Below the pieces are notes generated by a model, which saw only the letters and a program-made list of their open reading frames with translations, ran no database searches and was not told where the DNA came from. The position numbers and the translations under genes were made by a program. Positions 18,976-27,830 of a DNA stretch of 64,000 nucleotides are shown here, one piece after another. The stretch's first letter is position 1; each line of letters opens with the position of its first letter. Source of the stretch: an uncultured Sphingobacteriales bacterium (GTDB lineage Bacteria; Bacteroidota; Bacteroidia; CAILMK01; CAYYUA01); assembly GCA_964595485.1 (NCBI GenBank), contig CAZQQN010000011.1, forward strand, positions 10,669 to 74,668. Direction: 5' to 3'.

Positions 18976-21615
18976 ATGAGAAATGGAAAGCTTATTCGCT
19001 TATTGTTATTGGCATTTGCCATTGGGGCTTCATTTTCAATGGGCATGCTTGGAGAAAATGATCCTATTGGGGATAGAAAAAAAGGACTTAGGGATACCAT
19101 TAGGCTAGTTCTTAAAAAAAATACTGAAAGAGGTATCGCACTAGCTGATTCTGCTTATCGAACAGCCAAAGCCAATAATAACCGGTTTCTTACGGCTTGG
19201 TTTTTAAATAAAAGGGGAACAGGCTATTTTCATGCAGGGGATTTTGACAAGGCTCTTGAAGATTTTAAAGCTAGCTACCATATCGGCAAACAAGTTGATA
19301 GCGCAAAGCTTATTTACAGATGTGCCAATAATACTGGCGTTATTTACGATAAATACGGCAAGAAAGATAGTGCGTTAAAGTTCTATAAAGAAGCCCTATC
19401 GGTGGCTGTGAATCATGACTTAAGCTTCATTAAGCCATTTGCATTGAATAACATTGGTAATCTCTACGAAAGTAAGGATCAGCACAAAACTGCCCTGAGC
19501 TACTATTTGAAAGGGCTTGAGGTTTACAATGAGTTGGACACTGTTGTGAATAACACCAAACGTCTTCACTTAAATATTGCCAGCACTCATTTGTCAATTG
19601 ATGAATTGCAAAAAGCAAAAGACAGGTATTATAAAATACTTGGTTTACCAGGAGATTTAACTTCGAATATAAAGGGTAATGTTTTTAGTGGTCTGGGTGG
19701 GGCTTATCTAAAACAGGATAGCCTGAAAAAGGCTGAAAAATATTTAGATAAAGCTTTCTCAGCATACCAAAAAACAAAGAATAAATATAAATTAACAAAA
19801 TCCTATACTGACCAAGCCAGATTGGCCATAAAGAAGAACAATTCGGAAAAGGGACTTAAGTGGCTGGATACGACCTTTGCTTTGAGTGATAAACAGCAAT
19901 ATCCTAAATTGAGAAGTTATGCACTCCTTGAAAAGGGGGAAGCCTTTTATCAAATGGGTAACCTGGTTAAATCAAAAATATGGTTGGATTCAGCAATAAA
20001 AACAGCCAGGCAACTCGAGCAAGATAAGCCTCCAATTTCAGCTTTAAAGATTTTGAAAGATATTTATTCAGAACAAGGGAAAGAAAAAAAGGCTTTAGCG
20101 ACCCAGGAAAAACTAAATAAAAAGGTTAAGAATTTCTACAGCTCTCGTTATGAAGAAGATTTGGGAAGTCTCATGGCCGAATACCGATCGCAGCGTCAAA
20201 AAAACAAAATCAAATTATTAGAAAAGCAAAATCGCATTAGTAGTTTAAAAAATGATCGGCAGGTAGCTTACCTTTATGCAATGGGGGGAGGGTTTTTATT
20301 GCTGTTGATTGGTACATTAATACTATACCGGTTTTACCGCGATAAACAAAGGGCAAACGAGCAACTCCTTGAACAAAACCGGGTGATCAATCAGCAGAAT
20401 GAAGATTTGAAAAAGGCCAATGAAAGGGCTAAAAATGCATCAAAAGCCAAATCGGATTTCCTTACTTCCATGAGCCATGAGATAAGGACCCCTATGAACG
20501 GGGTTATCGGAATGACTGAGTTACTAAACGACACTGATCTAAACGAAGAACAAGAACATTACATCAATACCATCCGGCAGAGTGGTGAAACCTTGCTTAC
20601 GGTAATCAATGATATTTTGGATATATCGCGAGCAGAGCAAGGGAAAGTGGCTATCCAGAAGCAAGCCTTTAACCTGCCGGATTTGATTAAAGAAGTGGTT
20701 GATCTTTTTAAAAAGGATGTTGAAGCGAGAGGGATTGAGTTGACCTATGAAATCGATTCGAATGTTCCTGAAATCATGATTGGTGATCATACCCGGATTA
20801 GACAGATTCTTATTAATTTGATCGGTAATGCTAATAAGTTTGTAAGCAAAGGTTTTATAAAGGTTACAGTTACAAATAAAGGTGCTAAATCGGATGATCA
20901 GAGGAAGATTCAATTCAGTGTTTCAGATTCCGGAAAGGGAATTGAGGAATCGGAAAAAGCCTATATTTTCCAAGCCTTTCAACAAGCTGAAAACCAAGAA
21001 GGACTGAACGTCAATGGTTTGGGATTAGGATTATCAATTAGCAGTAAATTGGTTGACAAATTAGGCGGTTCCATGGATTTAGAAAGCGAATTGAATAAAG
21101 GTTCCACTTTTTATTTTACCCTCCCTTTGCATCTACCTGAATCGGATGAAGAAAAGCCTGAACAAAATGTAGAGGAAACCCCAACGACTTTCAATTTTGA
21201 CCTAAGTGAGCAGTTTAATATCAATATCCTTGTGGCAGAGGACAACCTTATCAACCAACGAATGATTGATAATCTTCTTCAGAAATTTGGTTTCCAACCT
21301 GTTATGGTATGGAATGGACAGGAAGCAGTTGAAGAAATCAAACAAAACCAGGGCCACTATGATTTGGTCTTTATGGATGTGCAAATGCCCAAAAAAGATG
21401 GGGTAGAGGCAACTCAGATTATCAAAAATGAATTACCCTTGCGGAGGTGTCCGGTTATCATTGCCTTAACTGCGGATGCTATGCAGGGTGCCCCCGAAAA
21501 ATATAAACAGTCTGGCATGGATGATTATATCAGTAAACCTTTAAAAGTGACTGCCGTTAAAGCCTTGCTGGAAAAATGGGGAGCCTATATCTATGATAAG
21601 TTAAGAAGCATTTAA
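18976..21615 (+). CDS. hybrid sensor histidine kinase / response regulator with N-terminal TPR array
   Basis: 879 aa. Signal/TM segment, ~350 aa of TPR-like repeats, a TM helix ([15 protein letters not shown]), H-box [12 protein letters not shown] boxes ([24 protein letters not shown]), C-terminal REC domain ([11 protein letters not shown]). Confidence 0.9.
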   Translation: MRNGKLIRLLLLAFAIGASFSMGMLGENDPIGDRKKGLRDTIRLVLKKNTERGIALADSAYRTAKANNNRFLTAWFLNKRGTGYFHAGDFDKALEDFKASYHIGKQVDSAKLIYRCANNTGVIYDKYGKKDSALKFYKEALSVAVNHDLSFIKPFALNNIGNLYESKDQHKTALSYYLKGLEVYNELDTVVNNTKRLHLNIASTHLSIDELQKAKDRYYKILGLPGDLTSNIKGNVFSGLGGAYLKQDSLKKAEKYLDKAFSAYQKTKNKYKLTKSYTDQARLAIKKNNSEKGLKWLDTTFALSDKQQYPKLRSYALLEKGEAFYQMGNLVKSKIWLDSAIKTARQLEQDKPPISALKILKDIYSEQGKEKKALATQEKLNKKVKNFYSSRYEEDLGSLMAEYRSQRQKNKIKLLEKQNRISSLKNDRQVAYLYAMGGGFLLLLIGTLILYRFYRDKQRANEQLLEQNRVINQQNEDLKKANERAKNASKAKSDFLTSMSHEIRTPMNGVIGMTELLNDTDLNEEQEHYINTIRQSGETLLTVINDILDISRAEQGKVAIQKQAFNLPDLIKEVVDLFKKDVEARGIELTYEIDSNVPEIMIGDHTRIRQILINLIGNANKFVSKGFIKVTVTNKGAKSDDQRKIQFSVSDSGKGIEESEKAYIFQAFQQAENQEGLNVNGLGLGLSISSKLVDKLGGSMDLESELNKGSTFYFTLPLHLPESDEEKPEQNVEETPTTFNFDLSEQFNINILVAEDNLINQRMIDNLLQKFGFQPVMVWNGQEAVEEIKQNQGHYDLVFMDVQMPKKDGVEATQIIKNELPLRRCPVIIALTADAMQGAPEKYKQSGMDDYISKPLKVTAVKALLEKWGAYIYDKLRSI

Positions 21616-21796
21616 ATTATCATTTATTGGCTATCAATTGAGTAAATCATGTTTGTTCATCAGCCAATGTTGATTGGTTGGTGAACAGAAGGTTATCGAT
21701 GAGTTGGGTAAATTAGGTTATCGTGTGATTTGTTTGAATAAAGGGATGTTGAATGATTTGGATAAGATTTTGAGGAATGTTGAGTAAGGGCTTCAA

Positions 21797-21845
21797 CCCT
21801 CAACCCTGGCCTTCTTCCAGGCTTGGGAGAAGGGTAGCGGAGAGG
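21797..21845. repeat. GC-rich hairpin repeat, left copy (REP/MITE-end-like)
   Basis: ccctcaaccctggCCTTCTTCCaggcttGGGAGAAGGgtagcggagagg. The 9-bp stem is 21810-21818 / 21825-21833 (one G-U) with a 6-nt loop. It is an inverted, ~80% similar copy of 21919-21963. Confidence 0.7.
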
Positions 21846-21918
21846 ATTAATTTTATACTTTGACTAAAAATTTCAGGGCTTGTAAACTTACAATTGTTTA
21901 AGCAAGAATGGCCTCAGT

Positions 21919-21963
21919 CCCCTTCTCTCCGCCCACCAGCGGAAGAAGGGTTAGGGATGAGGG
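21919..21963. repeat. GC-rich hairpin repeat, right copy (inverted relative to 21797-21845)
   Basis: CCCTTCTcTCCGCccaccaGCGGAAGAAGGGttagggatgaggg. The 12-bp stem has one bulge (21920-21932 / 21939-21950). The reverse complement ccctcatccctaacccttcttcc aligns with ccctcaaccctggccttcttcc of the left copy. Confidence 0.7.
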
Positions 21964-22186
21964 CTTTTAAACTTTTAAATTTGCTTAAAGCCAAGACATT
22001 GTCCTAACAAATCCCGAACAAATTTTTGGAAAAGCAATAAAAGCTAAACACCTCTTAGAATGTGATATGATTGGGTAGGCTTGACCAGAATCTTCATTGC
22101 AAAAACTAGCCCTTAATCTTTAAACAACACCATTACCTTTCACAACCAAAACAAATTTACCGATATTTGCACAAAAATTTTGTGGC

Positions 22187-25100
22187 TTGGCAAAGACTAA
22201 TTTTCAGGGTTATCCGGAATACAAACAATTAGACCTTACAAGCATCCAGGAGGATATCCTCCGCTTCTGGGAAAACAACCGCATCTTTGAAAAGAGCGTG
22301 GAAGAACGCTCGGATTCGGAATATTTCACGTTTTACGAAGGCCCGCCTTCCGTCAACGGCAAGCCGGGCATCCACCACGTCCTCAGCCGGACGGTTAAGG
22401 ACATTTTCTGCCGCTATAAGACGCTGCAAGGCTACAAAGTCCGCAGGAAGAGTGGCTGGGATACGCACGGCCTGCCGGTGGAGCTGCAGGTGGAGAAGCG
22501 CCTTGGCATCACCAAGGATGATATTGGCGAGCAGGTCTCTGTAGCGGAGTACAACGAGGAATGCCGCAAGGATGTCCTTCAGTATAAGAGTGAGTGGGAA
22601 GAATTGACCCGCGTCCTCGGCTTTTGGCTGGATTTTGATGATGTCTACATCACCTACGATAAGGACTACATCGAAAGCCTCTGGTGGGTCCTCAAGCAAT
22701 TGTTCGACCAGGACCTGCTTTACCGCGATTACTCCATCCAGCCCTACTCTCCAGCGGCCGGTACGGCTTTAAGCTCCCATGAGCTGAACATGCCCGGTTG
22801 CTATCGCCCCATTAAAGATACATCCGTAGTAGCCCAGTTCAAACTGAAAAACACCGATAACGAATACCTCTTAGCCTGGACCACCACCCCCTGGACTTTG
22901 CCGTCCAATACGGGCTTGGCCGTGGGACCGGAAATTGAATACGTGAAGGTGCAAACCTTCAATCCCTACACAGCTGAGCCGATCATCGTTTACTTAGCCA
23001 AAGACACCCTTTACAAGTATTTCAACAGCGATTACGAGGACCAGCCCCTGGAATTTGAAAAAGGTCAGAAGCAATTGCCTTTCAAGGTGTTGGAGACACT
23101 CAAGGGCAAGGACATGGAAGGCTGGCGCTATGAGCAGTTGCTGGATTATGTCAAGCCGCAGGATGGCGATCCTTTCCGGGTGGTTACGGGCGATTTTGTC
23201 ACCACCGAGGAAGGAACGGGCATTGTCCACATTGCGCCTACGTTTGGGGAAGATGACTTCAAGATTGGCAAGGCCAAAAACTTGCCGCCCCTCACGGTGC
23301 CCGATCCCGAAAATCCCAACCGCCAGATCCCGCTGGTGGACAAAAACGGCCGCTTCGTGGAACAAATGGGCGAATTTGCCGGCCGCTTTGTTCGCAATTA
23401 CGAGCCCAATCCTGATGATCACCAGGATTTGGACGTGGACATAGCCGTCAAACTCAAGAAAGAAAATAAGGCCTTTAGAGTCGAAAAATACGAACACAAT
23501 TACCCGCATTGCTGGCGTACCGACCGCCCGTTGATTTACTATCCTTTGGAAGCTTGGTTCGTTCGGACTACAGCCTACAAGGACCGGATGATCGAGTTGA
23601 ACAACACCATCAAATGGAAGCCTCAATCCACGGGAGAAGGCCGGTTTGGCAACTGGCTGGAGAATATGGTAGACTGGAACCTGTCCCGATCCCGCTATTG
23701 GGGTACCCCACTGCCCATCTGGCTAACCGAGGATCGCTCAGAAGTGAAATGCATTGGTTCGTTTGAGGAATTGCAGCAGGAGGTCCAAAAAGCTATAAAT
23801 GCCGGATTTGACCAGGAACCATTGAAAGATGGTTTTGACCCGCACCGCCCGCACGTGGATGAGGTTACGCTGGTTTCTGATTCCGGCAAGCCCATGAAAC
23901 GGGTCGAAGATGTGATTGACGTTTGGTTTGATTCTGGGGCCATGCCCTATGCGCAGTGGCACTACCCGTTTGAGAACCAGGAAATTTTCAAGCACAACTT
24001 CCCGGCCGATTTCATTGCTGAGGGCGTTGACCAAACCCGGGGTTGGTTCTATACCCTGCACGTGCTGGGGACACTCCTTTACAATTCCGTAGCTTATAGA
24101 AATGTTATGGCCAATGGCTTGGTGCTGGATAAGAATGGCAATAAGATGTCCAAGCGCTTGGGCAACGTTGTGGATCCCTTTGAAATGCTGAACGGTCAGG
24201 GTTCTGATGCTACTCGTTGGTATATGGTTCACAATGCTCAGCTATGGGATAACCTGAAATTTGACCCGGAAGGGGTGAAGGAGACCAAGCGGAAGTTTTT
24301 CGGCACGCTCTTTAATGTGTACGGCTTTTTTGCCATTTACGCCAACATTGACGGCTTCAAGTATGACGAAGAAGAAATTCCTATCGAACGCAGACCGGAG
24401 CTGGACCGCTGGATTATTTCCCTGCTCAATACCCTGGTGAAAGAAGTGAAGGAGCTGATGGATGATTATGAGCCCACCTGGGCAACCCGGAAAATCCAGG
24501 ATTTTGTAGTGGATAACCTTAGCAACTGGTATGTGCGCCTTTCCCGCAGGCGCTTTTGGAAAGGTGAATACACCGAAGAAAAAATAGCCGCTTACCAGAC
24601 TATTTACTATTGCCTGGAAACGGTGGCGCATCTGATGGCTCCGTTTGCCCCGTACTATTCTGAACAATTGTTCAGGGACCTCAACAATGTCAGCGGTCGT
24701 ATGAATTACGAATCCGTTCATCTGAGCTTTTATCCGGAATACCAGGCAGATTGGGTCAATAAACCCCTGGAGGAGAAAATGGGACTGGCCCAGGATATCA
24801 CCACCCAAGCATTATCCCTTCGAAAGAAGGAAAATGTCCGTGTGCGGCAGCCTTTAAACCGGATTATTGTTGCTACAGCGGATGAAAACCTGCTTAAGCA
24901 AATCCGGGAAGTGGAGGATCTCGTCAAAAGCGAGGTTAATGTTAAGGACATTGACTACATGGAGGATTCTTCCGATATTGTACTCAAAAGTGTCAAACCT
25001 AATTTTAAGAAATTGGGGCCGAAGTACGGTAAGCAAATGAAAGCCATCCAAAAGGTGGTGGAAAGTTTGGATCAGGATGCGATCAACAAGCTGGAACAAG

Positions 25101-25504
25101 AAGGAAAGCTAAGGATTGAAGTAGATGGAGAAACCATCGATCTTGGCGCAGAAGATGTGGAGGTGTTGACTGAAGACATACCCGGATGGCAGGTTGCGAC
25201 TACCGGCAAGGTTACTATTGCTTTGGATGTAACCATCACAGAGGGGTTGAAAAATGAGGGGCTGGCCAGGGAATTGGTCAATCGTATACAAAACCTCCGG
25301 AAAGATAAAGGCCTGGAAGTGACCGATCATATTCATGTAGCAGTCGGAGCTGATCAGACACTAGCTCAGGCTATCAATGCCTACCATGACTACATAGCCC
25401 ATGAAACTTTAGCAAGGGAATTGGCTGTTAAAAACCATTTACAAAACGGGGAACTTGTTCAAATAAAGGATATAGAAACAAAACTAACAATTGATAAGGC
25501 ATGA
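22187..25504 (+). CDS. ileS: isoleucine--tRNA ligase, long type-2 (eukaryote-like) form
   Basis: 1105 aa. HIGH-type motif PGIHHVLSR, GWDTHGLPVE, editing-domain insertion, KMSKS motif NKMSKRLGN. TTG start with no in-frame ATG nearby. Followed by the dksA-like gene and lspA. Confidence 0.93.
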   Translation: MAKTNFQGYPEYKQLDLTSIQEDILRFWENNRIFEKSVEERSDSEYFTFYEGPPSVNGKPGIHHVLSRTVKDIFCRYKTLQGYKVRRKSGWDTHGLPVELQVEKRLGITKDDIGEQVSVAEYNEECRKDVLQYKSEWEELTRVLGFWLDFDDVYITYDKDYIESLWWVLKQLFDQDLLYRDYSIQPYSPAAGTALSSHELNMPGCYRPIKDTSVVAQFKLKNTDNEYLLAWTTTPWTLPSNTGLAVGPEIEYVKVQTFNPYTAEPIIVYLAKDTLYKYFNSDYEDQPLEFEKGQKQLPFKVLETLKGKDMEGWRYEQLLDYVKPQDGDPFRVVTGDFVTTEEGTGIVHIAPTFGEDDFKIGKAKNLPPLTVPDPENPNRQIPLVDKNGRFVEQMGEFAGRFVRNYEPNPDDHQDLDVDIAVKLKKENKAFRVEKYEHNYPHCWRTDRPLIYYPLEAWFVRTTAYKDRMIELNNTIKWKPQSTGEGRFGNWLENMVDWNLSRSRYWGTPLPIWLTEDRSEVKCIGSFEELQQEVQKAINAGFDQEPLKDGFDPHRPHVDEVTLVSDSGKPMKRVEDVIDVWFDSGAMPYAQWHYPFENQEIFKHNFPADFIAEGVDQTRGWFYTLHVLGTLLYNSVAYRNVMANGLVLDKNGNKMSKRLGNVVDPFEMLNGQGSDATRWYMVHNAQLWDNLKFDPEGVKETKRKFFGTLFNVYGFFAIYANIDGFKYDEEEIPIERRPELDRWIISLLNTLVKEVKELMDDYEPTWATRKIQDFVVDNLSNWYVRLSRRRFWKGEYTEEKIAAYQTIYYCLETVAHLMAPFAPYYSEQLFRDLNNVSGRMNYESVHLSFYPEYQADWVNKPLEEKMGLAQDITTQALSLRKKENVRVRQPLNRIIVATADENLLKQIREVEDLVKSEVNVKDIDYMEDSSDIVLKSVKPNFKKLGPKYGKQMKAIQKVVESLDQDAINKLEQEGKLRIEVDGETIDLGAEDVEVLTEDIPGWQVATTGKVTIALDVTITEGLKNEGLARELVNRIQNLRKDKGLEVTDHIHVAVGADQTLAQAINAYHDYIAHETLARELAVKNHLQNGELVQIKDIETKLTIDKA
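22250..24900. other. GC-rich compositional island confined to the core of ileS
   Basis: Hand counts of 60-nt blocks give 57% (22307-22366), 62% (22741-22800), 67% (23281-23340) and 58% (24001-24060). Comparison values are 37% for 22187-22246, 42% in lspA and 40-47% in parC/rpoD blocks. 13 shadow ORFs of 60 aa or more overlap the gene. Confidence 0.8.
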
Positions 25505-25536
25505 GATTATCGAATATGGCTTTTTTCACGAACTAA

Positions 25537-25950
25537 ATGGATAGCACTATGAGCGACCAAGACGAGCCCCAAGGTAAAAATCGTTATTCAGACGAAGAAT
25601 TAGAGGAATTTAGGCAAATCATTCAAGAAAAACTTGAAAAAGCGCGCAGCGAATATGATCACCTTTTAGAAGCTGTCCAGAATCCCAATGAACATGGAGT
25701 AGAAGAACATAATCCTTCGAATAAAATGTTCGAAGAAACCAATGCTGCTTCTGATAAAGAGTATATGAGCCAATTGGCGGACAGGCAGCGGAAATTCATC
25801 AAGAACCTTGAAGATGCGTTGGTTCGTATCGAAAACAAAACTTATGGTATATGCCGTGTTACCGGTAAACTAATTGCGAAGGAACGCCTTAAGGCTGTTC
25901 CTCACACTACTATTAGCATAGAGGCCAAACAACAAGAAAAGAACAATTGA
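25537..25950 (+). CDS. DksA/TraR-family protein lacking the Cys4 zinc finger
   Basis: 137 aa. Acidic coiled-coil N-half and C-terminal RIENKTYGICRVTGKLIAKERLKAVPHTTISIEAK (CxxT-x17-SxxA in place of CxxC-x17-CxxC). Located between ileS and lspA. The start could be ATG 25549. Confidence 0.75.
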   Translation: MDSTMSDQDEPQGKNRYSDEELEEFRQIIQEKLEKARSEYDHLLEAVQNPNEHGVEEHNPSNKMFEETNAASDKEYMSQLADRQRKFIKNLEDALVRIENKTYGICRVTGKLIAKERLKAVPHTTISIEAKQQEKNN

Positions 25951-26507
25951 ACCAATACAGAAAAGTTTTACTGACCATTCTGGTGGTGTTGATAATTGAC
26001 CAAGCCTTTAAAATTTGGATTAAAAATACCATGTTTTTAGGGCAGGAGTTTAATGTGATCGGAGAATGGTTCAAAATTCACTTTACGGAGAATAAGGGCA
26101 TTGCCTTTGGCCTGCAATTCGGCGGAAGAACAGGAAAAATCTTTTTAACTTTATTCAGGATACTGGCTGCGGGCCTTATTGGTTATTACCTATACTATTT
26201 GATCAAAAAGAGCGCTCCTACAGGTCTATTGATGAGCCTTGGGCTAATTCTTGCCGGTGCACTTGGAAATATCCTTGATAGCATCTTCTACGGCGTTATT
26301 TTTAATTATGATACCTTCTTTCACGGCAAAGTGGTAGATATGTTATATTTTCCGTTGATCAAGGGTAATTTTCCTGATTGGTTACCTATATGGGGAGGGG
26401 ATTACTTCGTATTTTTCAGACCTGTTTTTAACATTGCTGACAGTGCCATTACAATAGGTGTCCTCCTCATCCTTTTATTTTACCGCAATGTTTTCAGCAA
26501 ATATTGA
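25947..26507 (+). CDS. lspA: lipoprotein signal peptidase (signal peptidase II)
   Basis: 186 aa, four TM segments. Blocks DQAFKIW, NKGIAFG, GNILDSIFYG, VDMLYF and FNIADSAITIGV (catalytic Asp residues). TTG start overlaps the upstream stop by 4 nt. Confidence 0.9.
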   Translation: MNQYRKVLLTILVVLIIDQAFKIWIKNTMFLGQEFNVIGEWFKIHFTENKGIAFGLQFGGRTGKIFLTLFRILAAGLIGYYLYYLIKKSAPTGLLMSLGLILAGALGNILDSIFYGVIFNYDTFFHGKVVDMLYFPLIKGNFPDWLPIWGGDYFVFFRPVFNIADSAITIGVLLILLFYRNVFSKY

Positions 26508-26614
26508 TAAGCCTGTTCGAAAGATTCTCCGGTAAATCCAAATTATGAACCTTATCCGGCAAAACTTTTAAAAAAACACTTGAATTGGCCAATACGTTGA
26601 ATGTTAAAAAAGTT

Positions 26615-27688
26615 ATGGTTCGTTACATTTTAGTGTTATCAGGTTTCTTAATTATTTCCCTTCAAAATTTTGCACAGCCAACCCTTGATTCGGCAGAGGA
26701 CTATAAGATTGGGAATGAGCGCCAATATGTAGCTGGTTACCCGGATAGTATCAACAGCATTAAAAAGGGGGCAAACATCACATGGGACTTCAATAATTTG
26801 GGTAAACAGGATTCTTTCATGCAAAAAATCCTTTTACCGGATTCTGTAGAGGATGGTGAGCAGTTTCCGAATGCTGATTTGGTTGAATGGTATGGCAATG
26901 GTAACAAAGTTTTTCATGATAAAGGGTCGCAGGTCAATGATTATGTGGGCTTAGAATCTTCCCGGGATATTACCATTGAATTTATCCGTCCGGTCAGCAT
27001 CCTTGAAAGACCCTTTACGTACAATGATCAATACCTGGATAGTGGTAGAAGACAATACACCTTTGATGGATTTGATGTAAAAGGATCGGGTACCAGTTTA
27101 ACACAGGCCATTGCTTACGGTACATTAAAACTACCTGATACGGTTTACAACAATACTTTACTGGTCCGGAATTACCAGGATTGGCGCGATACCGTTGATG
27201 TTCCATTTGTAACCCCTGTAGTAGAAAACCAGGTAATTAGTTATTCATGGTTCACCAAAAACAGTACTTATCCAGTTTTGAGGTTTGATACAATACAATT
27301 TTACAGTGATAGTGATCAAGCACCTGATGATGCCAATGATACGATTGAGCGTTTAAGGTATTACAAACCGCTTCCCAAAGAGGACCCAGATACGAGTGAT
27401 TCAACTACTTTTATTCAGAGAAAGCAGGATATTGTTAAAGATAGCCGGATTGTTCGGAAGGGCGATCAGCTCTTAATTCAAGGTAGATTCAGGAGAGAAA
27501 CAAAGCTTTATCTTAGCTTAGTAACAATCGATGGAAAGCCATTGGCGTCACATAGGATGACTTTTGAAAAGGGGTTTGATCAAGAAGTTGTACCCTTGAA
27601 TGATCTGAGTAAAGGATTTTACATGGTTGTTGGCCGGTCCGCACAAACCGGTGAAAAGGTATTAGGGAAAAAAATCTTTCTTCACTGA
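26615..27688 (+). CDS. secreted protein of unknown function, paralogue of 3677-5125, probable T9SS cargo
   Basis: Signal peptide MVRYILVLSGFLIISLQNFAQ. Shared blocks G.NITWDFNNL, FTYNDQY, YGTLKLPD, LLVRN and YSWFTK...YPVLRF. C-terminal beta-rich ~85 aa (GFYMVVGRS...KIFLH) resembles a CTD. The start is uncertain (TTG 26585, TTG 26597 or ATG 26615). Confidence 0.65.
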   Translation: MVRYILVLSGFLIISLQNFAQPTLDSAEDYKIGNERQYVAGYPDSINSIKKGANITWDFNNLGKQDSFMQKILLPDSVEDGEQFPNADLVEWYGNGNKVFHDKGSQVNDYVGLESSRDITIEFIRPVSILERPFTYNDQYLDSGRRQYTFDGFDVKGSGTSLTQAIAYGTLKLPDTVYNNTLLVRNYQDWRDTVDVPFVTPVVENQVISYSWFTKNSTYPVLRFDTIQFYSDSDQAPDDANDTIERLRYYKPLPKEDPDTSDSTTFIQRKQDIVKDSRIVRKGDQLLIQGRFRRETKLYLSLVTIDGKPLASHRMTFEKGFDQEVVPLNDLSKGFYMVVGRSAQTGEKVLGKKIFLH

Positions 27689-27830
27689 AGCATCGTTCAC
27701 TAAGTAAAAAAAAGTTATAGGTGCTTGCTTTAACCACTCTTTGATGGACGAAAGTTCGGGTATAATAAACAAATGACAGTTTTACTTTATCTTTGTTTGA
27801 TTTTCTGTGGTATTAAGAAACGATAATATC

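Noticed and set aside
21616-21780. Mini-ORFs (11-13 codons, for example MLNDLDKILRNVE) and a CAGCCAAT-gttg-ATTGGTTG hairpin just after the histidine kinase gene. These were considered as a leader peptide/attenuator for ileS or as a terminator.
   Set aside because: No T-tract follows the hairpin. There are no Ile-rich codon runs in the mini-ORFs, and no alternative pairing typical of attenuators could be constructed.
22229-25336. Thirteen ORFs of 69-210 aa overlapping ileS on both strands (for example 22994-23626 minus, 210 aa; 24242-24808 minus, 188 aa).
   Set aside because: They are shadow ORFs expected from the stop-poor alternative frames of a GC3-rich gene. Their translations are low-complexity (R/A/P/L-rich) with no motifs, and IleRS is continuous and complete in its own frame. 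They serve only as evidence for the compositional anomaly.
27689-27830. Possible cobalamin or other riboswitch upstream of the TonB-dependent receptor.
   Set aside because: The spacer is only ~140 nt, and I could find neither a B12-box-like conserved core nor a multi-stem junction.
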